Assembly (NCBI GenBank): GCA_049510745.1
Contig: JBEKYR010000047.1
Span: 1 to 38,146, forward strand
Direction of reading: 5' to 3'
DNA length: 38,146 nt
DNA from: Verrucomicrobiota bacterium
GTDB taxonomy: Bacteria > Verrucomicrobiota > Verrucomicrobiia > Limisphaerales > Palsa-1400
Below, piece by piece: positions 21,201 to 28,382 of the stretch. The translations under genes and the position numbers were made by a program. Below the pieces are notes generated by a model, which saw only the letters and a program-made list of their open reading frames with translations, searched no databases and was not told where the DNA came from. Numbering within the stretch: position 1 is the first letter of the stretch; every line of letters starts with the position of its first letter.

Positions 21201-22072
21201 GGGGCGGAGACCACAATGCCCGAAGGATCGCTGGCCGGGGGCTTAATGGTGTTCGTCCCCACCACGCCATAATCTTTGAAGAATATGATCGGAGTGTCGC
21301 CGGTGAACGTCGCCTCCTCGATGCCAACCTGCATCGCGGCGCCATGCAAATCCGGCCGGGCAATTGTCCGTTCAAGCGTCCACGGCCCGCCGTAACTCGC
21401 GCTATCGTAAAACTTAAAGGTGTCGCCGGTGCGGGTGAGGCGCAGGAATACGTCCGAGTTGGTATCCGTCGCGCTGCCATAGAGGCTGCCCGCCCCGTTG
21501 TTGGCCAACTGAACGGACACACCATTGGTCATGTTCTCGGACATGGTGGGGACGCCGAACTCTTCGAATCGTGTGATGCTCACCCAGTTCTCGCTCGCGT
21601 TTGTCCCCGTCGGATTGTAAGGCGCCCCGGAACCGTCGCTGATGGCGCGGGCCAGCAGGCCGGCAAACGTATAGGCCTGATTATCAAAGACTCCGGCCAC
21701 ATCCACCGAAACGTCAAAATCGCCCCACACAATGTTGTAGGCGAAAAAGCCGTCGTCCCCCGCGCCGCCCTGACCCCAACTGCTGTTGATGGTCTGGACA
21801 ACCAGATAGCCCGTGAAAGGCGCGGCCGAATTGGCGCTCAAGGTTGCGCCGTTGCCGTCTCCTCCGTTGTACCCGCCCGGCACGTCCCCGAAGGCCAGGT
21901 CAAGGCCGTCGAAGCCGGATCCAATGACGCCATTGGCCACTAGGTCGAGCGAGGCGTTCGAAAAGGTGTTCGTCAACACTTGCGCTCGTGCGGTTACCGT
22001 CGCCGCCAGCAAAGCGAGCAGGCAAACGACCAGGGTAATCAAACTAATCGATCTATTTTGGGATGGTTTCAT
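18227..22072 (-). CDS. Large secreted repeat protein: 3 ConA/DUF1349-like modules with FN3-like and Big_2-like spacers and a C-terminal FYRL domain
   Basis: Signal peptide ending ARA-Q; three modules with DGFF...DF...GL.AR...E.WV; Ig-like spacers; C-terminus LSWP...NWQPV...AFYRL. Confidence 0.8.
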   Translation of the reverse strand: MKPSQNRSISLITLVVCLLALLAATVTARAQVLTNTFSNASLDLVANGVIGSGFDGLDLAFGDVPGGYNGGDGNGATLSANSAAPFTGYLVVQTINSSWGQGGAGDDGFFAYNIVWGDFDVSVDVAGVFDNQAYTFAGLLARAISDGSGAPYNPTGTNASENWVSITRFEEFGVPTMSENMTNGVSVQLANNGAGSLYGSATDTNSDVFLRLTRTGDTFKFYDSASYGGPWTLERTIARPDLHGAAMQVGIEEATFTGDTPIIFFKDYGVVGTNTIKPPASDPSGIVVSAPLSPTSVTVSWTPAPGSDGSVVVIRPNEPIIQSPAYGFSYVGNPTNGLVSKLPTYLGNSINGAVTNMGGGQQALYVGSGNSVTVSGLGGSNNVYNLAVFSYTTNGGTTPITYDSQPATASFNGPGTVATVNFTISPTNLPVNGYAAASVTATYTSGDSYDVSAATSFTIGDPTVIQVLDGAVTGLKAGSSLLTATYQGVSGSQTVTVHTPAFVDNFDTPHDYVVNGLPGTGWEGLYLNYGDHPGEPVDSDGKGLTSVCNASITSNNVLTVTAKSTDWAGPTDDGFFLHKYVSGDFQMAVHITSLQRRGYQFAGLMARAFNNSGAAGQDGAAYSPSTGAASENWVYFGEFGEYGDSTEARFATNGVDNELPNFDGDNGDNFWLLMRRVDSTNFLFYRKINASDPWSPQPSQTIVRPDFDGVLLQVGLFESMDSGATGTVQFDSFMLDAANVDAGGPPPTACSNLVLNLNADFSITLTWSPGTNANNSEATSFVVGRDGAPVNQQPPYGYLSTADSQFGQGTDLGGGNFVLFRGVGNTVTVTGLRAGETYYFAAYDYSSSSTTKVFDLETAAAGSIQDGSPTNMVASLPVSSIPSFGVGIAVVNLVFPGNIVGAANVAQYATLTSANTNVAVAAEGVITGVAPGATSIQVVYAVGTNQFTNTLQVTVHAPAFSDNFTTAHDYLNHGVTNTTWDGVFAYPNFKVPGSGFTSDPAAAILGADAGITTNGTLTVSNMNVGWEYDQNDGFFLFKYVPADFQMQVHLVNFNAFSNDLANPGSAAYDNPGLMARLYTTDTNGAIGAPFATNASSTNGEDWVSWTRFDLFGIGTYARAEIDNVKVLSSIQPDVNSGQFWLLLVRQFGTNFYFYQKANQTDPWLPAPNGITYANAVYGNQPMEVGIIACAFDSGLVQVDQFDHFALDVSGAFTLTVTRSGPNIILSWPDQPGVQVQSTASLLPVNWQPVTSPTPTVANGVASMTLPIGSQNAFYRLSEPLP

Positions 22073-22330
22073 ACAAACTGAGGCAGTTCTTGTGGTTTGC
22101 AGATTATTACATTTGCGTTTTACAATCTATTGGCGCTGAACAATTCATACGCACTAGTCCGCTATTCGGCTGATCCTCAAAAGCACAACACAACGATCGG
22201 CTTGCGATTGAGGCAGTCATTGAATAAAATTTACGCCGCTTCCCGCAAATATTCTTGGCGGAAAATCACACGCTCCCTATGAATTGTTGCCAATTTGAAC
22301 GGATTTTCCCCGCCCCCCCGCTCTGGGCCG

Positions 22331-23605
22331 TCAAGAAACCCCCTCCCCTCCGTCCTGGCAGAGGCTCTCCACACGCCCTGGCAAGACCGGCGGACGAACC
22401 GACTCCATTCCCCATCCGAAAAGAACCTTGGCCGCCCCCCCGCACACCCGGCCCTGGCACGGCCCCATCCCGCACCGGGTCTGCAACTTTGCCTCCCGCC
22501 AGCCCGCGAAGCCCTTCATTCTGTCAAACGTAACGTCCTCGCACCGGCACACCACCGTCTCCGCCGCCGCCCGCCGCGCCACTTCCTCCCGCAGGGCGAA
22601 CGCCGCCGCCAGCGCGGCCTGAAATCGGCGCCACCCCGCCCGCCGCGCCATCCACGGGCGGGCCGCCTCCTCCCGCCCGCTGGCCGCCCATCCCGCGATC
22701 TGGCCCTCCACCAGCGCCGCCTCCGCCCCGCCGATGCCGGTCAATTCTCCCGCGCAATAGACGCCGGCCACGCTGCTGGCCTGCCAGGGATCGACCTGGA
22801 CGAAGTCATTCTCTAATTGACAGCCCAGGGCCAGGGGCAGTTCGACATTCGGAACCAGCCCGAAACCACACGCCAGCAAATCGCATTCCTCCCTCCATTG
22901 GCGGCGCCCGTCGGTCAGTGCCACGGCGCGCACCTGTTCGGCCCCTTCCGCCCCAACCGGCCAGACTCCGCAGCGGAAGGGCGTTCCGAGCAAAGTCCAT
23001 TTCAGGCGCGCCGCCTGCGCCAGTTTGGCCGGCCAGGCAAGCAATCGCGCTCCAAAGGAAATCAACCGCGGCCACGGCGCCTGCTCGTTGATGGACACAA
23101 TGCGGGCGCCCATTTTTCGCAACCCGCCGCCGACGGCCAGCAAGAGCGGTCCGCTCCCCGCCAGCACGACCCGTTTGCCCGCCACGGGCCAGCCGTGCTT
23201 GGCCAGGGATTGCAGCCCGCCAGGCCCGAAATTTCCGGGCAAGGTCCAGCCCGGAAACGGCAGAAACAGTTCCCGCGCGCCCGTCGCCAGAATCAACCGT
23301 TCCCATTGAATCTCCCGCGGACCGGACGGATGCTCCGCCAGCAGGAGCCGCGAGCCTCCCGGCCCAAGTATCGTGCATTGGTCCAGCAACGACGCCTTGC
23401 TTCGCCGGAATCGCTCCACCCAGCGCGCGGCTTGCCGGAGGGTGGGATGAGCTTGCTGCCCGCGCCAGATTTGGCCGCCCAGCCAGGGTGTCTCGTCCAC
23501 CAACGCCGTGCGGCGTCCGCTCTCCGCCGCCGCGCAGGCGGCGGCCAGGCCCGCCGGACCAGCGCCTACGACCACGACTTCAAAGCGGAGCCGCGTTTCA
23601 GACAT
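22331..23605 (-). CDS. FAD/NAD(P)-binding oxidoreductase, alpha subunit of heteromeric D-hydroxyproline dehydrogenase (HcnB/OoxA-like)
   Basis: VVGAGPAG, GGQIWR, ILATGARE..PFPGWTLPG, GSGPLL, C-terminal VCRCEDV and TRCGMGPCQGRVC; operon context. Confidence 0.85.
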   Translation of the reverse strand: MSETRLRFEVVVVGAGPAGLAAACAAAESGRRTALVDETPWLGGQIWRGQQAHPTLRQAARWVERFRRSKASLLDQCTILGPGGSRLLLAEHPSGPREIQWERLILATGARELFLPFPGWTLPGNFGPGGLQSLAKHGWPVAGKRVVLAGSGPLLLAVGGGLRKMGARIVSINEQAPWPRLISFGARLLAWPAKLAQAARLKWTLLGTPFRCGVWPVGAEGAEQVRAVALTDGRRQWREECDLLACGFGLVPNVELPLALGCQLENDFVQVDPWQASSVAGVYCAGELTGIGGAEAALVEGQIAGWAASGREEAARPWMARRAGWRRFQAALAAAFALREEVARRAAAETVVCRCEDVTFDRMKGFAGWREAKLQTRCGMGPCQGRVCGGAAKVLFGWGMESVRPPVLPGRVESLCQDGGEGVS

Positions 23606-23846
23606 CGGTCCGAACCTCCATTCCTTCCTCGCACACCGTCTGGCAGCTCCGGCAATGAGCCTGGCCGTTGATGGTCACCCGGCACTCCATGCAAATCCCC
23701 ATCCCGCACAAAGGTCCGCGCGCTTCGCCTCCCACCGAGCGCCGAAAGCGCGTCTGGCCCGCCTGCGCCACCGCGGCCGCGACCACCGTCCCCGCCGTCA
23801 CGGCGACGGTTTCTCCATTGACGCGCAGTCGGATTGGGTCAGCCAT
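23598..23846 (-). CDS. 2Fe-2S subunit (gamma) of D-hydroxyproline dehydrogenase (HcnA-like)
   Basis: CGMGICMEC...RSCQT; overlaps both neighbouring genes; ATG 23846. Confidence 0.88.
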   Translation of the reverse strand: MADPIRLRVNGETVAVTAGTVVAAAVAQAGQTRFRRSVGGEARGPLCGMGICMECRVTINGQAHCRSCQTVCEEGMEVRTDV

Positions 23847-24972
23847 GGGAAACTGTGTCGTTGACAAATCGCGCGGGCGCATACGGTTGGGCGGGAATCT
23901 CCGTTTTCCGGCCCAGCAACAAGTCCGCCAGCAATCGGCCCGTGCCGAGCGAGGTGGTAATCCCCAATCCTTCGTGTCCGCTCGCCAGCCAAATCCGGTC
24001 GTGCCCGAGGCTGGGGCCGATCAGGGGCAGTTTGTCCGGCGTCGCCGCGCGATGGCCGGTCCACACCCGCGTGGCGGAAAGCTTTCCCAGTGAGGGCAGA
24101 TACTCCATGGCGCGCGCCAGCATGCGCCTGAGGATTCCCTGATCCACTTCGGTCCCCTCGGCGTCGAATTGGCGCGAGGACCCGATCAACATCTGTCCGG
24201 TCTGGCGCGGCTGAATGTTGAAGGCGACCGAGTCCTTGCTCATCGAGTGCGCGCTCTTGAGGTAACCCAATTCCACAATCTGGTGATGCACAAACCCGGG
24301 ATAGCGGTCGGTGATGACCAGATGGCCTTTGCGCGTGCGCACGGGCAGGCCGGGCATCAACTCCGGCGACCACGGCCCGGTCGCGTTCACGCTGCGTCCC
24401 GCGGCCAGGCGCGATCCGTCGGCCAGCGCCACGCCGCCTTCCGGCAACAACGCCTTCACGGCCACGCCGGCCCGAAATTCGGCCCCGTGCCGGCGCGCCC
24501 TGTCCATTAAAAATCGGGCCGCGCACGGCGGATAGATCACGCCGTCGTCCACCACCCGCAATCCGCCGGCCAGGCCCGGACGCAGGTTCGGCTCCGCCCG
24601 GCGCACGGCCTCGCCGTTGAGAATCTCCACCCGCGCCTTCCTCTCCGCGTAGTGTTTTTCTTTGCGGCGCGCCTCGGCCATTTCCTCGTCATCCGCCGCC
24701 ACCCAAAGGGTCCCGCACACTTCGTATTCCACGTCGGCGGAAAGCTCCTCGCGCAGTCGCAGCCACAACCGGCGCGAGTATTCTGTCAGGGCAAACTGCG
24801 CCTCGGAATCGTCCATCACCACGATGTGCCCCATGCCGGCGGCCGTGGTTCCGCCGCCCACAATGCCGCGGTCCAGGATCAGCGTCTTGAGGCCCGCCGC
24901 GGCGCATTCCGCCGCGCAGGCCGCTCCCACAATGCCCGCGCCCGCGATAATGAGGTCAAAGGATTGGCTCAC
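23839..24972 (-). CDS. lhpB: FAD-dependent D-amino acid oxidase-family protein, beta subunit of D-hydroxyproline dehydrogenase
   Basis: GAGIVGAACA, GGGTTAAGMGHIVVMDD, RKGHLVIT, VELGY, SVAFNIQPR.TGQ.LIGSSRQF, GHEGLGITT; resembles Pseudomonas LhpB as recalled. Confidence 0.85.
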   Translation of the reverse strand: MSQSFDLIIAGAGIVGAACAAECAAAGLKTLILDRGIVGGGTTAAGMGHIVVMDDSEAQFALTEYSRRLWLRLREELSADVEYEVCGTLWVAADDEEMAEARRKEKHYAERKARVEILNGEAVRRAEPNLRPGLAGGLRVVDDGVIYPPCAARFLMDRARRHGAEFRAGVAVKALLPEGGVALADGSRLAAGRSVNATGPWSPELMPGLPVRTRKGHLVITDRYPGFVHHQIVELGYLKSAHSMSKDSVAFNIQPRQTGQMLIGSSRQFDAEGTEVDQGILRRMLARAMEYLPSLGKLSATRVWTGHRAATPDKLPLIGPSLGHDRIWLASGHEGLGITTSLGTGRLLADLLLGRKTEIPAQPYAPARFVNDTVSHG

Positions 24973-24979
24973 GGCCGCC

Positions 24980-27352
24980 TCACGGGTTTGCGGCCGCCTT
25001 CATCACCCGCACGCCGAAGACTCCCCCCACCCAGGTGCTGCCGCCCTGGATTCGGAGCGTCACCTTCGCCTTGCCTTTCGTCAAAGCGGCCGGCAACGGA
25101 TACACCTGATCAAAGTAAACCCCGGGATGGCTGGCCGTCAGACGCTCGGTCGCCAGCTTCTCTCCGTCAACTATAATGTCGAACTGCCGCCCCCGGTCTT
25201 CCCCCCAATAGGTCACCACCACTTCCTGCGCCTCGTCCGGCAGCGTCTTTAAATCCCAGGAAAACCAGCCCCCCTCGGCCGCGTCCCGGTAGAAATGGTC
25301 CCCAAAGTCGCCCGACCCGCTCTTTTCCCCTTTTTGGTTGTGGTCGCGTTCGTTTTGTTCCTCGCCGGGGTTGACGAAGTCCACCGTGCGCGCCTCGATC
25401 TGCCGCCGCTTCTCTGTCTGCGCCGCGTACTCCTTCTCCCGGCCCTGCCATTGCTCCGGCGTGAATTGGTCCCAATACACTTGGTAGTTGCGCCGGTAAA
25501 TCTTGTAGAACGGCTCCAACGTCAGGGTCTCCGGCTTCTCTTCTCCGGGAATGTGAAAAACCGGTCCGGCAAAGGTCGCGGTCTGATGGGCCACCGGCCG
25601 CAATTCTCCCAGCCACCCGCCCGGCGCGCGCACGATCCCCGGATTGGGCTTCTTCATGTCGATTACCGCCCCCAACACCAGCGGCCCGTCCATCACCGCC
25701 GCCCGCTCCGGCTTGTCCGCAAATCCTTCCACCCGCAGTTCATAGGGCATCTGAATCTCGATCCGGTCGCCGTCCTTCCACACCCGCTTGATCGTCACGT
25801 AGCTGCCGGGCTCCCCGCCTTCCACTTTCTCCCCGTTGACGCTGATCTCAAACCCGCGCCGCGCCCAGGCCGGATGCCGCACTTTCAACTCCAGTTCCAC
25901 CGCCGCCGGGCAGTGCAGCGTCAACCGGCTTTGCTCCTCTTCCGGAAACCGGCTTTCCTGCCGCACTTTCAGCCCTTTTTCTTTCCAGTCCAATTCCGAC
26001 CCGATGAATTGGTTGACGTAGAGCTGGCTCTGGTTGTGAAAGTAGATGCTCTCCCCATACTTGCCGTGGTTCTCCACCCCGGTGCCTGTGCAGCACCAAA
26101 AGTCATGGTCCGGGCTGTTGAAGTTCTTGCGCGAGCCGGCGCGCAAGGGCACGTAGTAGCACATCATCCCGGTCTCCGGATTCTGCGAGGCCAGAATGTG
26201 GTTGCACAGCGCCCGCTCGGCGTAGTCGGCATACTCGGCCCGCGGCTCCCAACAGAACAAATGCCGCGTCAGCTTGAGCATGTTGTAGGTGTTGCAGGTC
26301 TCCGTCGTGTTCGGCCCCATCTGCGAAAGCCGGTTGGTCGGCGTGAACATCTCCCCGTCGCTGTTGCCGCCAATGACGTAGGAGCGGTGATGCACCACCG
26401 TCTCCCAGAAGTTCTTCGCCCCCGCCTCCAGCTTCGTGTCCCCGGTCAATTCGTATTGACGCGCCAGGCCGATCAATTTCGGTATCTGCGTGTTGGCGTG
26501 CAAGCCCGTCAACCGGTCCTCCCCCGCCTCCAGCGGATCGACCACCCGGTGATGGTTGAAGCGCAGCGACATCTCCAGATACTTCTTCTCCCCGGTCAAG
26601 GCGTAGAGGTTGGCCAGCGCTTCGTTCATCCCCCCCTGCTCGGTTTGCAGCATGGCCTGCATTTGCTCCTCGCTCAGCCGGGTGTTGCGCGCCACCACCC
26701 AATCGCCAAACTTCCGGGCCATCTCCAGCGCCTGCTCGTCCTGGCAATAAACATACATGTCCTCCAGCCCCGCCAGGATCTTGTGCAGCGTGTAATACGG
26801 CGCCCACACCGGCCGCCGTTGCTCCACCCGGTCCAGGTACGTCTCGGGAAACGCGCTCAAATACCCGTGGCCCAGCTTCTCCTGGCATGGACCCAAGGCC
26901 CGCACCACCGCCTTCCCCTTTTCCAGGTAGCGCCCGTCCCCGGTGGCCGCATACATCTGCGCGCAGGCCGAAAGGTAATGACCGACAAAATGCCCCCGCA
27001 ACTCGCAGTCCGGCGCTTCCCATCCCCCCAACGGCTCGGCCTGCGAGGGCAGCCCGGCGTTGACCCGGAAGTTATGCGCCAACCGCTCGGTGTCCAGCGA
27101 CAGCAAATACGCCCCGTCCAACTCCAGGGCGTGCCGAAACGGCCCGTCCAACAAGCGCACTTCCTGCAGCGGAAACGCCCACACCTCCATCTTCACCACC
27201 GGCTCCACCTTGTCCCGTGTGTAGCCCAGGGCCAAGGCGTCGCCCAGGCAGGATTGACTCGTGATAGCTATGGCGAGCGCAGGCGCGGCTGGTCCCAGCG
27301 GACGCAGAGCTAGGAAGGCTGCCCAATCTACTGACTGTACTTTGAAGTTCAT
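24980..27352 (-). CDS. GH146 (DUF1680-type) beta-L-arabinofuranosidase with C-terminal DUF6805-like domain
   Basis: GGWE...LRGHFVGHYLSA, WAPYYTLHK, EQGGMNE, HANTQIPK, ETCNTYNMLKL, FWCCTGTGVENH; start uncertain (27352 or 27364). Confidence 0.88.
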   Translation of the reverse strand: MNFKVQSVDWAAFLALRPLGPAAPALAIAITSQSCLGDALALGYTRDKVEPVVKMEVWAFPLQEVRLLDGPFRHALELDGAYLLSLDTERLAHNFRVNAGLPSQAEPLGGWEAPDCELRGHFVGHYLSACAQMYAATGDGRYLEKGKAVVRALGPCQEKLGHGYLSAFPETYLDRVEQRRPVWAPYYTLHKILAGLEDMYVYCQDEQALEMARKFGDWVVARNTRLSEEQMQAMLQTEQGGMNEALANLYALTGEKKYLEMSLRFNHHRVVDPLEAGEDRLTGLHANTQIPKLIGLARQYELTGDTKLEAGAKNFWETVVHHRSYVIGGNSDGEMFTPTNRLSQMGPNTTETCNTYNMLKLTRHLFCWEPRAEYADYAERALCNHILASQNPETGMMCYYVPLRAGSRKNFNSPDHDFWCCTGTGVENHGKYGESIYFHNQSQLYVNQFIGSELDWKEKGLKVRQESRFPEEEQSRLTLHCPAAVELELKVRHPAWARRGFEISVNGEKVEGGEPGSYVTIKRVWKDGDRIEIQMPYELRVEGFADKPERAAVMDGPLVLGAVIDMKKPNPGIVRAPGGWLGELRPVAHQTATFAGPVFHIPGEEKPETLTLEPFYKIYRRNYQVYWDQFTPEQWQGREKEYAAQTEKRRQIEARTVDFVNPGEEQNERDHNQKGEKSGSGDFGDHFYRDAAEGGWFSWDLKTLPDEAQEVVVTYWGEDRGRQFDIIVDGEKLATERLTASHPGVYFDQVYPLPAALTKGKAKVTLRIQGGSTWVGGVFGVRVMKAAANP

Positions 27353-27399
27353 GAGCGGTTTCAATTAAGTTGGAACCCTTATTAACCAAAGCGGCCGCT

Positions 27400-27433
27400 T
27401 TGTAAAGAACCGCTTGAAAAAAACTGCGGTTCT
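27400..27433 (-). terminator. Possible terminator hairpin at the AraC gene stop
   Basis: agaaccgc/gcggttct 8-bp stem overlapping the stop codon, followed by a short T run on the minus strand. Confidence 0.4.
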
Positions 27434-28202
27434 AGCGGCTCAATCGCGGGAAGATGGCGCGATACCGGGAAGGAGTCAGGTTAGTCGCGGAGCGGAAGGC
27501 GCGCGTGAACGCCGAGTGGTCGTAGAATCCGCAGTCAAATGCAATGGCCGCCACCGAACGGTCTGTCTCACGCAGCAAATGCGACGCCGCTGCCAGGCGC
27601 GTTTGGGTGATCAACTGATGCGGCGTCAGGCGGAAAATGCGCTTGATGAGCCGCGCGAACCGGACGGATGGCAAACCCGCATGCCGCGCCAGCAACGCCG
27701 GCGACACGGCGTCCGCATAATGGGTTTCCAGGTATTCCAACGTGGCGGCCAGCCGCGCTGGAATAATGTCCCGGTCGCCGGGCGCCCGCAAATCGCGCGA
27801 GACACCCACCACCCCGATGATCTGGCCGTCGCGATTTCGCACCGGCAGCTTGGTGGTCAAACACCAACCCGAACGGCGACGGATGTACCAATGCAGTTCC
27901 AGGCGGTCAATGATTGACTGGCCCTTGCGCAAGACGGCTTCGTCCTGCTGCGCGTAACGCTCGGCCAATTCCTTCGGAAAGATGTCCCGCACTCGGTGGC
28001 CCAGGACTTCCCGTTTCTCGCGCAACCCGCACCGCTCGACTAACGACTGATTGGCCGCCACATAGCGCCCATAATGATCCTTTACAAAGAAGACAATTTC
28101 GGGAACATGATCGAAGAGTTGTTCAATCATGACTAACTCCGCCAGCGGGCTGGGAAGGCCCTCTTCGCCTGGCGGAGAGTTGGTTAATATGTCAGATTTC
28201 AC
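27432..28202 (-). CDS. PAS-domain AraC-family transcriptional regulator (LhpR-like)
   Basis: FDHVPEIVFFVKD..GRY..AN (PAS), WCLTTKLP, C-terminal HTH CGFYDHSAFTRAF; divergent from the epimerase gene; start GTG 28202 or ATG 28130. Confidence 0.88.
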   Translation of the reverse strand: MKSDILTNSPPGEEGLPSPLAELVMIEQLFDHVPEIVFFVKDHYGRYVAANQSLVERCGLREKREVLGHRVRDIFPKELAERYAQQDEAVLRKGQSIIDRLELHWYIRRRSGWCLTTKLPVRNRDGQIIGVVGVSRDLRAPGDRDIIPARLAATLEYLETHYADAVSPALLARHAGLPSVRFARLIKRIFRLTPHQLITQTRLAAASHLLRETDRSVAAIAFDCGFYDHSAFTRAFRSATNLTPSRYRAIFPRLSR

Positions 28203-28254
28203 CGCAAGACCGTAAAATTGAACCAAGACGAAAGCCAGTAGTTGGTTAGACAAT
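28195..28254 (+). promoter_or_regulatory. Candidate AraC-activated promoter: tandem CAAGAC direct repeats and a -10-like GACAAT
   Basis: gatttcaccgCAAGAC cgtaaaattgaacCAAGAC (19-bp period), then gacaat at 28249-28254 upstream of the hydroxyproline operon. Confidence 0.35.
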
Positions 28255-28295
28255 AAAAATCAAGCGGAAAGTGCCTTTATTTTTTAGGTGTTAAC

Positions 28296-28382
28296 ATGAG
28301 CGAGCCATTTTGGCAGGGGGTTTTCCCAGCCATCACCGCCCAACTGAGGCGACATCATTATGAACCGAATCCATGTCATTGA
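28296..28382 (+). pseudogene. 5' remnant of a DHDPS-family gene (probable delta1-pyrroline-4-hydroxy-2-carboxylate deaminase, lhpC-like)
   Basis: RBS aggtg then ATG; translates MSEPFWQGVFPAITAQL, the W.GVFPA.T.Q start of DapA-like proteins, then runs out of frame into the epimerase gene and stops after 28 codons. Confidence 0.7.

Noticed and set aside
22331..24972. Hydrogen cyanide synthase (hcnABC) or opine oxidase
   Set aside because: Same three-subunit family, but the beta subunit has LhpB-type motifs and the cluster sits beside a Hyp epimerase and an LhpR-like regulator
25295..27313. 672-aa plus-strand ORF
   Set aside because: Antisense shadow of GH146 in high-GC DNA; no recognisable motifs
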